A stretch of 62,673 nt of DNA, counting the filler. It is 10 parts of 10 records of this genome, joined end to end, with 100 filler letters (N's around TTAATTAATTAA, not from the genome) between each part and the next. Parts side by side here need not be neighbours in the genome. Positions count along the whole stretch, not along the records: positions 17,866 to 33,094 come from SRR7504441_2536; positions 33,195 to 37,370 come from SRR7504441_2541; positions 37,471 to 41,292 come from SRR7504441_2549; positions 41,393 to 44,979 come from SRR7504441_2551; 6 more parts are not named here. One strand, written 5' to 3'. Numbering within the stretch: the first letter of the stretch is position 1; each line of letters begins with the position of its first letter. Both the position numbers and the translations under genes were made by a program. The notes under the pieces were generated by a model. It saw only the letters and a program-made list of their open reading frames with translations. It made no database searches and was not told the DNA's origin. Positions 30,237-42,828 of this stretch are shown piece by piece.

Positions 30237-32660
30237 ATGAGTGGCCCCTCAGCCAGCCCGGCGGCTCAGTGGCAGGAGGCACGGGTCACTGAGGCGTTCA
30301 GCGACCAGGCAGCCGGCCCGCCACCAGCCGCGCCCACGCTGCTCTTTGCAGATCGACCATGCCCGCGAAGAGGCCGCGGCAGCGCTGGCGGCAGCCGAGG
30401 CCGGAAAGGAGGCGGCGGACTACGTCAAGTTCGCTCCAGTCAATTACCCGATCGAGGTGCCCTGCCGCTCGCCCGGGCCGCTCAGTCGACACGCAGCCGG
30501 TGCTCGACGCGGAGCAAAGCCCGTCGGCCGGAGCGCTGCAGGGGGGTCTGCACGAGGGGGCTGCAGGGGACCCCGGCTGCGTCAAATTCAACTGCTCGCT
30601 TGCTGGAATCAGCCGCACTCCACCGCCTGCTGAGAGCCCTGGCCAGGCCAGCGGCCCGGTGGGTCACCGACCGCGGGCTGGACGAGCTGGCGTGGCAGTT
30701 GGCAGTGAATGCACTCTACAAGATCGACGGGAGCGTGAGTATTAGCCTAAGCAAGGAGCAGTTGCACGAGCTGCGGCGGGGCGGCGGGATCCAGGTGCCC
30801 GGTGGCCCCAGGGGCTGGGGCGAGCGGCGGCTGGCAGATCAACGCGGCGCTCGAGGAAGAGGCTGAGGTGACTGAGCTCAAGCAGAGGCTGCAGGGCAAA
30901 GTGGAGGAGGCCCGTGGGTCGCTGCACGCCTGGGTGCAAGCGCTGGCCCGGGTGGAGACTGTTCGACAGGCGGTGGTGGACCGATCAGATCAGGCATCCG
31001 GCTGTGTCAACCGCAGTACGACAGGTCGGGGCAGGTGACGGGTGAGATCAACAGAAACTTTGACCAGCACGCCAAAGCGCTCGAGCAGCGCCGGCGGCAG
31101 CTACTCCAGCAGGTGAACTTTGCCGGGCACCAACTGAGCTCTCGCCAGGTGGCTGACTTCCGTGAGCAACGGACAGCAAAGCTGGACCAGCAGGCAGGTT
31201 TGAGGTGTGGGTGGTTGGCGAGCTCGGGCAGGCCGAAGCGATTGAGACGCACTTGGACGCCACCGAACATATGATCCGGACGGTCGACTCCGGACTGAAA
31301 GAGTGGACCGAGGTGCAGGTATCCACGACGCTCTGATTCGGCCACTGACTGTGCACAGGAGCTAACATCATTAGAAGAGCATGTAAGTTGCCCACCAGAT
31401 AGTGCAGCTCAGGCGTCCTCGGATCAAGCGGCCCTCTCGTACTCGGTGAGCAGGGGTGCTCTGCCCAGCTTGACGACAGTGACGCCAGGTGGGTCCTGAG
31501 ATTCTTCGAGCAATGCCGCTGCTTGGGAAGCTCACAACCTGTGAGACTACAGCCCTGCGGTGCTCGGCTGCGGGCCGGGTGGCTGAGCTTGGTGGTTGTA
31601 GATGTGCTCTTGAAGGCGATGGGCTAGCGACAGCCCGGCAAGGGCAGAAGTCGTGTGTAACAATCACAGTGTGTGATGCTGCGGGCAACCCTACTGGCGA
31701 AGCAAACAACACGATTGAGGTGACTGGGGAGGATGCTGAAGGCCTATCCGTTCACATAGAGGCAGGCAAGTATTCAGTCGACCCTGGGCAGCGAGCAAGC
31801 GGACGTGTTTGATAACGGCGATGGGAGCTACGAGCTGTCGTATGTGCCCTCTGAGCCAGGCAGCTGGATGCGTTGTGTGTGCGTGAGCCCCAACTCAGGC
31901 GAGTATTGCGTGTCGGTCGCGCTGAATGGCAAGCCGATTGATGGCTCCCCGTTCTTTGTTACGGTAGCTAGCGCCTGACCGTTGAACTATAGAGAACTTG
32001 TGCAGGTTGGGTCTGGGCGTGACTATGCCTCGATGGCAATGGAGCCATCACAGCCTAATGGGGGCAGCAGTTTTATTGGGACATTCGAGCCCAGTGACGC
32101 CACAGGGTGCGCTGCAGGAATGCCAATGTCCCCTGAGCGCCGCAACAGGAGCTTTAATCGGCCGCGTGGGCTGGCTATTGATGCGGATGGGAGGGTTGTG
32201 GTTGCTGACATGGACAATCACCGAGTACAGATATTCAACCCGGATGGTGCAGCATTCAGATCGGAGCTAGTAGAGCTGAGCGAGGACAGGCTCGTGGTAC
32301 TTGAGTTTTGGGGCAGCTGGCGCGAGCAACGGGCGATTCAACCAGGCATGGGTGCTGTTGCACACCTTTGGCAGCCGTGGGGTGGGTCCTGGTGAGAGCT
32401 GGGCCTGTTTGAGAGCCAACGGGGTGCTAGGGGAGTTTGAGTTTCCGTGGGATGTTGCACTGGATCAAGAGGGGAACGTGGTGGTAGCGGAGGAGGGTGG
32501 AAGAGTGCAGGTGTTGGATTTGGAGGGAAGTCTACTACTCGAGCTTGGCCGGGGGGTTGAGCCGAATGAACAGCTCAAAGTGCCATGGGGCGTTGCGGTG
32601 GCGGCAGATGGGGCCATATACGTGGCTGACCGAGCTACTCACGTGGTCAGACGATACTAA
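30237..32660 (+). CDS. TRIM-NHL-like protein: coiled coil, filamin repeat, NHL repeats (no RING/B-box seen); more than 12 introns
   Basis: Filamin DVFDNGDGSYELSYVPSEP|GEYCVSVALNGKPIDGSPF; NHL FNRPRGLAIDADGRVVVADMDNHRVQIF and FEFPWDVALD. Confidence 0.85.
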
Positions 32661-32860
32661 GCCACCTTTGTAGCATTTAGTCGTGAGATACTTGCATCGA
32701 GCCTACGTACATCGAGCCGGAAGGATTAGCATGCGGCGTCGAGTGCGCTCAATCAAGACAAGCCTGCATAAAGCCAGCGCGCACGATCTACGCACGATCA
32801 ACTTGTCTCGTATTGCGGTTCAATAGAGCCACATAGAGCCACATATAATGTCAGAGTACG

Positions 32861-32880
32861 TACTCGTACTCGTACTCGTA
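32861..32880. repeat. (TACTCG)3TA tandem array
   Basis: Seen directly, between convergent 3' ends. Confidence 0.9.
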
Positions 32881-32915
32881 TAATGAATGCGCATTTCGGC
32901 AACTCACGATTTAAA

Positions 32916-33047
32916 TTAATTACACTTGCTCCAATCGACGCGAGACAGATCCTTATCCTCAAAGGGCACCCCCAGCGCGTGTGCTGTGCTCACAATTTGG
33001 GACACCGCCTGCTCTCCAGGGCTCCGCTTGCGCGTGGCGATGACCAC
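32916..33047 (-). CDS. Last exon of an unknown gene (truncated by the gap)
   Basis: A branch/acceptor (ctgac...gcag) precedes a 43-aa open frame VVIATRK...VDWSKCN*. Confidence 0.4.
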   Translation of the reverse strand: MVIATRKRSPGEQAVSQIVSTAHALGVPFEDKDLSRVDWSKCN

Positions 33048-33194
33048 CTGCACAGGAGCGGTCAGGGGGGGGGGGGCGGCCTGGTGCAGATGCCNNNNNN
33101 NNNNNNNNNNNNNNNNNNNNNNNNNNNNNNNNNNNNNNTTAATTAATTAANNNNNNNNNNNNNNNNNNNNNNNNNNNNNNNNNNNNNNNNNNNN

Positions 33195-36100
33195 GCCCTC
33201 GCCGACCCATTCGCCGATGTCGCCCTACCGGCGGAACATGGCGCAGCAGGAGCGGCGGCAGCTTCAGGCGGACCGGCTGGCCCTGGAGGACGCGCGGCGG
33301 CAGCTGGCGCTAGACCGTCAGCAGGTGGAGCTGGCCAGGAGCCAGCTGGAGGTCGAGACTCAGCCGAGCTGGACCAGCGCACGCCCGATCCCGGTCTCTT
33401 CGCCCGCAGAAGCAGCGTTCCGCCCAGCTCGCGCCAGCTCTAAGCGGCACGCGTCGGTGGACTCGCTCTGGTTTGTGCTGCAGGGGCTGCGGGCCGCTCT
33501 GAACGCGGCCAGCCGCGAAGGCTGCCTGCGCAGTGTGCTCCGCTGGCGGTATGCCTGCGCACAGACGGCGTTCAGCGCTCAGTCGAGTGAACCTTTGAAG
33601 CATAGGCCGGACTTCAAGCTCCCATTTGATAGGTTCGTGCAGGAGAAGACTGCGGCCCTCAACCGGCAGTGGGCCGAGGTGGACCAGGCCCAGCGGCGGA
33701 TCGAGCGGTCCGAGCAGCAGCTGGGCGAGCGCGAGGCCTGGCTGGACTGCCAGGCCGAGCAGGCGAGCCAGCTCAAGCAGGAGGCTCAAACTGAGATGGA
33801 GCGAGCCGTCCAGCTTTCGGACGGGGTGGCCGTGCTGCGGGCCCGGCTTGAGGCTGAGCACGAGGAGGTGAGAGCACGCGAGCGACACCTCGACGCTTCG
33901 CAAGAGATGCTCAACCAGGCGAGTAGCGAGCAGCGCGAGCAGCACGAGTGCAAGAGGACGGTGATGGCTCAGGAGCAGCTAACGCTTGACCGCGAGGCCG
34001 AGCGACTGAGGGCGGATCGAGCTAAGATCGCGACTGCGGTGGAGGACGCCCGGAAGCTGGAGGAGGCGAGCATGAAGCTGGATGCGGACAGGGCGCAGCT
34101 GGAGCAGGAGGGGGCACGGCTGGACCAGCGGCAGGGCGAGGTGGAGCAGCTAGCCAACAAGACCCAGCGCGAGCAGGCCGAGATGGCCAAGGAGGCCCAG
34201 GCCGGATTCGAGGCCAGGAGGCAGGCCGAGGAGGCGCTCCAGCAGGTGAAGCAGCAGCGGGTGGAGCAGGCGCTGCAGCTCGAGCAGCTCGAGAAGAAGC
34301 GGGCTGAGGCGGCCAGAGTGATGGAGCAGCAGCTGGCGCTCGAGGAGCAGGCCCGGGCCGAGATGCAAGCGGTGCTCAGCGAGAGGGCCGAGATGGCCGA
34401 CTCTCACGGGGAAGTTATAATCGCAATGGAAGCCACAGAGAGGCAGAGCCAAGAGCTGGACGACGCAAGGGCCCAGCTGGAGCTTGACAGGGCCGAGCTA
34501 GAACGGGAGCGGCGAGCCGCAATGGCCGAGATTGCCGCAGCCAAGGCCGACTGGGCTCAGCTCGAGAAGGAGTCGATGGCAAGAGCCGAGAGGCGACAGC
34601 TCGAGCTGGATCGGCTGAGCAGCCAGCTGGAGCTTGACAGGGCAGGGCTCGACAAACAAAAGCAGGCGGCCGAGCAGAAGATTGCAGCTGCAAAGGCCAA
34701 TGCAGTAGAAGCGAATAGTCAGGAAGCTGAGCAGCTCGAGGCCTCGAAGCTAGCTTTTGAGAACGTGCAGCAACAAGCCAGAGAGGCAGCAGCCCGAGTC
34801 GAGGCTGAACAGGCCAGAGCGGCGGAGGAGACTATGCAAGCTCTGAGGCGGGTGATGGCCCTAGAGAAGCAGCAACAGCAGGCAACAGAGGAGTTCGAAC
34901 TGGCGAAGGCAGAGCAGATGACAACCTCAAAAGAGGCGACAGATGCCATTGAGCGCCAAATGCTGGCAGTACAGAAGGCGAAAGAGGCACTGGAGGGTGA
35001 AAGAGACGCATTTGAACGGCAGAAGCGGGAGTCGATGCAGGGAGTCGACAAATTGAGGGATGACCAGATTACTTTGTTGGAAGAGGCGAGGGCAGCGACA
35101 GAGCTGCAGAAGACGCAGCTGGATAAGGCCAAGAAGCAAGTTGAAGCCACCAGAGAGAAACTGGAAGAAGAGAGACGAGCTGCAGAGCAACAGCAAAAGG
35201 CAGTTGATCTGCACTCTGCCCTGCACTCCCAGGAAATCGAAGGACAGCTCGAGAAGCTGAGAGCTGAGCGTGAAGATGTGACAAAGGAGGCGATAGCAGC
35301 AGTAGGAGCAAAACAGGAAGTTGCTGAAGCACTTCAAGAGCTGAAGCAGCAGCGAGTGCTACAGGCAGTGGAACTGGAGGAATTAGAAAAGCTCAGATCA
35401 GAGACGGCGAATACAATGAGTCACGGGCTCGCCATTGATAGCAAGGAAGTCTTAGATAAACAGAGGAGCGAGGCTGAGGCCGCATCGAAGCAACTGGAGA
35501 TGGAAAGAACCGCACTGCTGAAACAGCGACAAGAGATCGCAGAGCTCAATGAGCAAACGCGCCAACAGGCAGCCCAGGCAGCCCAGGATGCAGCCAAGGC
35601 AGAAGCGGCAAGGCTGGCGGCCCAGAGGCTAAGATCGGAGACTGACCAGGCTGTCCAGCAGCTGGATGTAGATAAGAAAGCGGTTAAGCAGCAGCAGGAC
35701 GAGGCAGCAGATGCAACGAGGCGTGTCGAGGAGACAAGGTATGAGGTGGAGAAGCTCAGAATAGAAACTGATCAAAAAGCAAAGCAACTTGAAGAATTAC
35801 AGGCCGCTTTGAACGCCGAAAGCGAAAAGTTCAGGGCAGATTGTGCCAGGAGCGCAGAGGAGGCTAGCGAAGCGGTTCACAGAGTCGTGGAAAGCTTGGA
35901 TGCGGCAAGGGTCTTTGAGGACCGCCAAGGCGAAGTAAATGCAGTTAGCAAAGACCTCACCAATCAGAAGAGAGAGCTTCTGGAGCAGCAGGCCAAACAA
36001 AGGAAGGCACAGATCCGAAAAGATGCTGACTGTGCTAGGCTCCAGCAGACGATTCAAACTCTGGAGCAGGAGAAGTCACAGGCTGAAATGGTGAGGAGAG

Positions 36101-37318
36101 AATTAGACGATACCATCGCAAGTGTCGAGAGCGAAGCAGCTGTAGAGGATGCACGGAGAGAGTTGGATGCAAAACGGAATGAGCAGGAGTACGCCAGAAA
36201 GGAGATAGATATAATAGAGAACGCTCGAGTGCAGAAGATTATGGATAGTTTGCAAAGCGAGAAGACGCAGGCAGCATTGGTGAGGAAAAGGTTGGATGCG
36301 GCCACGGCATGTGCAGAGAACGAGCAGAAGCAGGCGGCAGCGGCAGTGCTTGAGTTGAAGACGGAGGTGGAGCGGCTGAGGCGGGAGGTAGAGGTGGAAC
36401 ATGCTGCTCTGGAGAAGGGTCAAGCTGTGCTCGAGCAGCAGCAACAGGAGGTAGAGCTCAAAAGACTCGAGCTAGAAGATCAGCGGCAACAGGTGGCGAC
36501 AGTTCGAGCAACTCTTGAGGCGCAGCTATGGGAAGCCGCCTCTGGGAGTCAGCGAGGGACTGATCCAAACCTAGGCTTATTGAAGGAGCATCAATCGCAG
36601 GCTGAGGCGCTTGAAAGAACCGCCAAGCTGAGCGATTCCTCACTGAGAGAGGCTCTAGAGGCCTTTAAGCAGGAGCGAAGCATACTTGAAGAGCGCTTGC
36701 GAGTGGTCGACACTGGGATCTCGACCGCGGGCTCGTCTCCAGGCAAAGCTTCTCGGTCTAGATCGGCGCCTCGCGCAGGCCGGACACGCACACCTAGACA
36801 ACTCGATAATCATAGAGGATCCATTCAGAGCAATAGGGATCAATCTGGGTCTGACCACTCAAAGCAGCGATTCGATCCAGGGAGCACTGCACTGCGGCAG
36901 GCAAGATCGAAATGGAACGAGGTTGAGCGGTGGAAGATGGGGGTGCTTGCTGAGATTGGCGAGGCGGAGGCACAGTTGAGACAGAGGCCCAATTCCGGAT
37001 TGTGGTCAAGGTACGGATCTCACCCAAATACGAGTACTTAATAGTAGAATGTTTGCGCCTCTTTGATTGGTTGCCAGGGATCCGGCACCTTCGTTTCAAC
37101 GTGGGCAATATGGAGGAAGCTACACTACAAACTTGCAACCACGCGCCCTCATCCCACTATCACCTCTCTCGCCGCTTTTTACATCATCAAATGGCCAACC
37201 CTTGCCGGATGTCCAGGATTGGGATAGACTTAAATTGTGTTTCGATAAGTGGAACGACCCCACTCATCGTAGGAAGAAGTACATTCCACCCGCGCTGCTG
37301 AAGTTGTTGACTGAATAA
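33195..37318 (+). CDS. Very long coiled-coil protein (>1300 aa), probably 5'-partial; terminal intron 37011-37077
   Basis: E/Q/A/R/K-rich heptads. The GT-AG intron joins ...WSR to DPAPSFQ...KLLTE*. Confidence 0.85.
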
Positions 37319-37470
37319 TACAAAATAATGCCATTAATAATTTTTAAAAACAGTTAGCCAGTGGTACAAANNNNNNNNNNNNNNNNNNNNNNNNNNNNNN
37401 NNNNNNNNNNNNNNTTAATTAATTAANNNNNNNNNNNNNNNNNNNNNNNNNNNNNNNNNNNNNNNNNNNN

Positions 37471-40400
37471 ACCGCACCCGATCCAGCTCCTGCTCCAGCC
37501 TCTGCTTCTCCGCACAGGCAGCGGCCTTGTCGCCAGCATCCTGGGCCACTGCCAGCTTCTCCTCTGCCGGCGCTTCCTTTGCCGCTGCTGGAGCCTCCCC
37601 CTCTGCTGCCGCCGCCTCTGGTTGCCCATCGTTTGTCTCGGGGCCAGGCCAAATGATATTGGCCAGGTCTTCTATAACTTGAAACTCCTCGTCTGTCATT
37701 GATTGTTTGCTCGCCTCTGTGAGCGCCTCGCATCTGGCCGTGCTGTCCTGAATTGCTCTGAATTCTTCCTCGGTAATCGACCCATCTTGGAGCTTACTCT
37801 CGGCCACCTCCAGCACTCGCCTGTCTGTGGCCCTAACACTGGCCTGGAACTCCTGCTCCAGTCGCTCGCCCCGTTCGAGCGCCTGGCCTCGATCCGCCAC
37901 GTCCTCGATCGCCTTAAACTCAAGCTCGCTGATCTGGCCCTGCTCGAGCATAGTCTTGGCGTTCCGGAGAACTTCGCCCCAATCCACAAACATCTCTTCA
38001 GCCTCATCCTCCGGTGGAGCGCCCAGAGCTGGCGACATCGTGTTGGGCGACTTGGGCGACAAGTCGTCAATCGCTTCCGCTATGTCGTCGATCATCTCAT
38101 CGGCGAATTTACCGATCCGGTCAAATAGCGACGGCGAAGGTGATCGCTCAGGCTCGGGCTCCGCACTCTCCTCGGTGTTGGCCTTGGGCTCAGGCTCACG
38201 ATCAAACATGGCATCGAAATCGTCCTGAGAGCTCGGTAACAGGCTGTCTGCAACCAGCTCCGGCTCGGTACACATGGTTGTAGCCTTTGCGGCGTCCCAC
38301 ACCCGGAGCAAACCCCCAAGGAATCCGCCCTCCACGGCGGCAGTTGAACCAGTTACAACCGTCGGGCCACACCAGCTACCTTTCAGGAACCAGATCGGTG
38401 AGTCGTGAGCTTTCCATCTGAGCCAAGGCAACCTGGAAGCCACGTCCAATAGACAGAGCGAGCCATCCGCCAGCCCACACCAGACCAGAGAGCCCATGTC
38501 AACCACCGAGACCACCCCGGGCTGCAGACCCGAAGTGAGCGCTATGACTGCCGCCCCAGTGGCAGCATCGCGCACCATCACGGCGCCCACAGGCTCGCCA
38601 GTCTCAGCACTGGCGGCGCCACACGACCCCCCAAGCCAGACCTCGTTGGTTCCTTGCTCGGCCACCCCGCCGGTCTTGGTAGGGCTATTGAGCACGCTTT
38701 CGCCCACCGCACATGCGCTCGAGATGAACGCCCTAGGGTGCGGGCAGCTGATCTCTAGATAGTGCAGCTCTTGCTTGGGGTCTGCAGATGATAATTCGGC
38801 TGCGAGTACCGCAGCCGCCTCTGCTTCTACTGCTGCCTCCTGTGATGCTGGCTGGCCATCCGGCGCAACATCCTTTTTGAGAATCGCCTCGACATAGCCC
38901 TGCACCAGCGCCTCGATCTCACTGCCCAGTCCAGTCGCAAACACCAGGCGCAAGAGGTCGCCCTTCACCCCGATCCCAAACTGCTCCGGAGAACTGGCCC
39001 AGCTAGACACCTCTGCGTAGCTCCAGCTGGCCACGATTAGCTTCGTATCCGTCAGGTAGTGCACCCCTTGGTGGTTGATACCAAGTAGCCCGTTCTCTGG
39101 AAGCTCCGAGTATGAGCAGAAGTCGTTCATCTTCGTGAATCTAATAAACGACGCGTCGCCGACGGTCAAGTCCTGCAGCCAGCTGACAGCGAACAGCGCC
39201 ATCCCAAACAATGGCCAAGTTGCCACCTGGCACGCTCCACAGTCAGCATGACTTGATTGACCTGGGGCTAGGGGATACATAGACAAGCACCTGGCGGAGG
39301 TATTCCATAGCACTCTGCTGGGGAGACATGCCACGCAGGCTGATGTGAAGCCCGAGCAGCACAGACTCGATCTGGGCCGGCTTTTTGCTCTGGATCACTT
39401 CATTGGGCACAAACTTGCATAATCTGTCTGCAGTCTCGAGAAACCCTGCTACGTGCACGTCAGGGTCGTGATCACCGAAGTCGTGCTGAAGAGACAAAGC
39501 CCCGAGACCCAACATCTCTTGCGGCTTGCCACACAACTCCCCGGAGAGCACGGCCCGCCTCAGTTCAGCAAAGCTCAGAAGCACCACGCTCGGGTCAACC
39601 TCTTTGAAGAAAAGGCACTGCCTGAATTCGAGTCGAGACGTCCGCTTGCGCTGTGAAGTGATCTCTATCAGCTTCTGGCCGCCAGGCACCCGAGTGCGAC
39701 CGCCATCCCGGTCTACCTCGAACAGCCCGAACGTTGGAGGATAGCTCGCATTCAGCTCCTGCGCTATCCTGAGCCTCAGCTGATCAGCAGTGAGCTCTGG
39801 GTCTGTGGCGATTGTCCTGCTCTTACCGTCCACAGTGTGAAGCCGGAAATTCTCGTCGCCAGTCCATCTAGCTGGCACAACGCACACCGCCCCACTGTGG
39901 CACAGCCAGACCGCGTCGGCCTGCGGCACCGGCACAATACTTTGCTCCATCAGGGGTGGCTCCCCTGCAGGCATCCCGACTGCTGGCTGCGGCAGCACAA
40001 ACATCCGACGAACCGCCGGCCCCGGCTGGTACCCCATCACCGCCAGCTCGCCCGATTCCGGTGATAGCGAATAGGCTGGGCTGCCGGGTGAGAGCACGGC
40101 CACTTCTCCATCCCGAGAGAGCACCCACACGCCGCCAAGCGCACTCTTGATCCCCGTCACAGCGGCCGCGTGGACCTCCAAATCGGCCAGCAGCCCGCCT
40201 GCCCGCCAGTCCGGCCCTGCCATGGCTAGCGGCACCATTCATCTGCTCGAATACCCGTATCGACCCGCTGCTCAGCCCACACCAGAGCTGGCCCAGCACT
40301 AGCTCCATGCAGGTGACCAGCGCGTCGGGCTCATCAAACATACCGTCCTGGTCAGACAGGCTCCAGCTGCGCCGATTGTCGCCACTGATCGCGTCCCATT

Positions 40401-41212
40401 CGCGCAGTTTGCTGGCCCGAACCATCAGCCACAGCCGGGCCCGAGCTCTCACCGTTCACCTGCTGTCCATGCTCGGTCCTGCGAGACAAGTACTGAGCAG
40501 GTCTTGCCCCGGTGGGCCAGCTCCCCGGACTGCAGCTGCTCCCGTGGGATGTCGGTCACCTGCAGCCTAGTCGCCAGCCGTTCCCACGCCGCAGGGCACC
40601 TTCGCGGCCGATCCGCCGTGCAGCAGACTCTTCTGAGTGGCCACTGCGGCCAGTTGGGCGAGCCAGCGCTCAAGCGGCTCGATCAGCGAGCCGACTAGCG
40701 AGGCCTCGATGAACCGCAGCTTCTTCTCCTTGTGCGTGACTTGCACCCGGGCGGTGACCAGGCAGCCCCGGCTGTTCACTCGGCTGATCCCAGAGACTAC
40801 CAGCGCGTCCACCCCCGCCAGCTTGGGCACCCCCTCGAAGAAGACCTGCCCAGAGATCCGCCACATGTCGTCCTCGCGAGTCGGGCTCCGGCAGACGCTG
40901 GTCCGCTCTGCGGGCGACGGTCAGCGCCGGCTCGCCCGGGGTGCGCACCGCGGATAGTGACCTCCTTGGCAGCGAGCGTAGCCCGGGCCATCACCTGCGC
41001 CGTGGGGCTGGGCGGTTGAGGTGTGCCTGGAGGGGCACCCCCTCTATCTCGTTGACGAAGGAGACCTCGCGGGTCTGGTCGACCCAGTCCGAGACCTGCA
41101 GCTCTGGGCTGAGCGCGTGGAAGGCGCGGAGGATGGCTTCGTCCTGGAAGGCTGCGAGCAGCTCGAGCACGCTGCAGCCCACCTGGCACGGCTTGAGCTC
41201 CTTGCTCTTCAT
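37471..41212 (-). CDS. FERM-domain protein with beta-propeller segments and possible N-terminal START/VASt-like domain; 3'-partial
   Basis: FRLHTVDGKSRTI..FGLFEV, LGALSLQHDFGD, QSAMEYLRQ|VATWPLFG..LF and LLGINHQGVH; propeller strands LWCGLSSGSIRVF and VWCGLADGSL. Confidence 0.8.
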
Positions 41213-41392
41213 TTCAATCGGATTTAAAGCCGCATTGCGGGCGCTCCGCCGCGATGACGGCTAGGAGAGCTTCCGTGAGGGACTGGTACGATNNNNNNNN
41301 NNNNNNNNNNNNNNNNNNNNNNNNNNNNNNNNNNNNTTAATTAATTAANNNNNNNNNNNNNNNNNNNNNNNNNNNNNNNNNNNNNNNNNNNN

Positions 41393-41618
41393 TCGGCCTT
41401 GGCCTCCAGCAGCAGCTTCACCGCAGCGGTCTCCGCGTTGAAAGCTGCCCAATGCAGCACCGAGGCCCCAGCCTGGCCCAGCTCTGCCCCCTCCGGCGGT
41501 GCGAGCGCACCGGGTCCTTGCACATTAGCACTTCAGCCCCGCGCTGATCGAGCAGGGCGCGCAGGGTCGCCGTGTCGCCCTGCTTGGCCGCCTCGATCGC
41601 ACCGTCGGCCGCGGTCAT
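41393..41618 (-). CDS. Ankyrin repeat protein, 5' end (truncated)
   Basis: IEAAKQGD...|GASVLHWAAFNAETAAVKLLLEAKA. Confidence 0.8.
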
Positions 41619-41833
41619 ACTCGGCTCCTTGGGCTGTGCCGCGCCTTGAAATCGGCTCGGGGCCTGCGAGCGCGAGCACTCCTCGCCACACTCGCATCCC
41701 ATCGAGTGCGGAAGGCGCCGGGCCTGGGTGAAGACTGCAAGGGGCTCACCGCTGCCCTCGAATTCCGTTGCCAGCGAGGGGCGCCGCGAACGCTCACGAG
41801 GGCGGACGCAAGCCGGCTGGTGGAGCTCGGGCG

Positions 41834-42345
41834 ATGAGCGCGGACGCTAAGCAGGGGTTGCTGGCGGCGGCGGAGGAGGAGCAGGACAAGCGATCATCAG
41901 CGATCATGCAGGAGGAGGACCAGAAGCTTGTGGCCAAGGAGAAGCGCCGGGCCCTCGAGCAGCAGGCGCTGGATGACATCCAGGCGGGGGTCCCCTCCCC
42001 CCACCCGGCCGGGCCGAGCAGCCGGCGGGCAGATGTCTCCGCGTGGACGTGTTGGCGCGTACCGGCCCAGCCGCACTTTTGAGTCGGGGATCGGTAGTGA
42101 ATCGCCCAAGAAGAAGCGCTCAGCGTTAGCCAAGTGGTTCTCCTGTTTCAAGACCCCGCGGTCGCTGCTGTCGCACCCGCCGGAGCTCAAGAACACCTCC
42201 TGCACCAAGGCGCACGGTGCCCGCGCCCCGCCCTCGGCCCGCAGCTGAGCTTGGGCAGGAACCACTAAGCGCCTCCGCCGGTTTTGGAAGTGAGGACAGG
42301 GCGGCGGTCCGCGATGATAAGCAGCTCAGGTCAGGCCTTTGCTAA
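41834..42345 (+). CDS. Small hypothetical protein, 2 introns
   Basis: Open spliced frame MSADAKQGLL...RSGLC*, head-to-head with the ankyrin gene. Confidence 0.55.
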
Positions 42346-42828
42346 CCTGTGCGCTGAAGCTCGTTTAATTGTTATGTGATGTAAACGCCGGTGTCGTATA
42401 TAGAGCTTCACAGCTTCACAATCAAGGATCGGTCGGGAGCTCAGCTGCTCTACCGCTGCTCGTGTGTGCAAATCGTTGAATTCCGCAATCTAAACTTGCA
42501 AACTTCCTCACCCCTTTGATGTGATCCGGCAGCTACTCAGCGGCGCCCTCGAGCTGGATCGGTCAATTGATCACAATCTAGCGAGTGATGCACGCAATCC
42601 GCTCGAGATAACTTTTTTTCATGAATCTGTTTCTCATATCTTTGATCTTTCTCATGCAACCATGCACATAATTTCTATCACTATTGTATCTAGCTTGAGA
42701 GTTTCACACCGCCACGCGACGATGCTACTATACTGAGCGAGTCTAGATTGAGCTGAGAGCTCACTGAGACGTACTGGTACGGCTGGGTCTGGTAAGTCTC
42801 AAGAAAGTCACCCGAGGAGTCATCAAGA

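Noticed and set aside
32335-32395. NHL repeat seems to lack about 30 aa (FNQ jumps to VLLHTFGS)
   Set aside because: I cannot distinguish deletion, assembly collapse or an alternative 29-nt GC-AG intron without reads.
41984-42032. Possible additional GC-AG intron
   Set aside because: An in-phase GT donor at 41990 explains it equally well.
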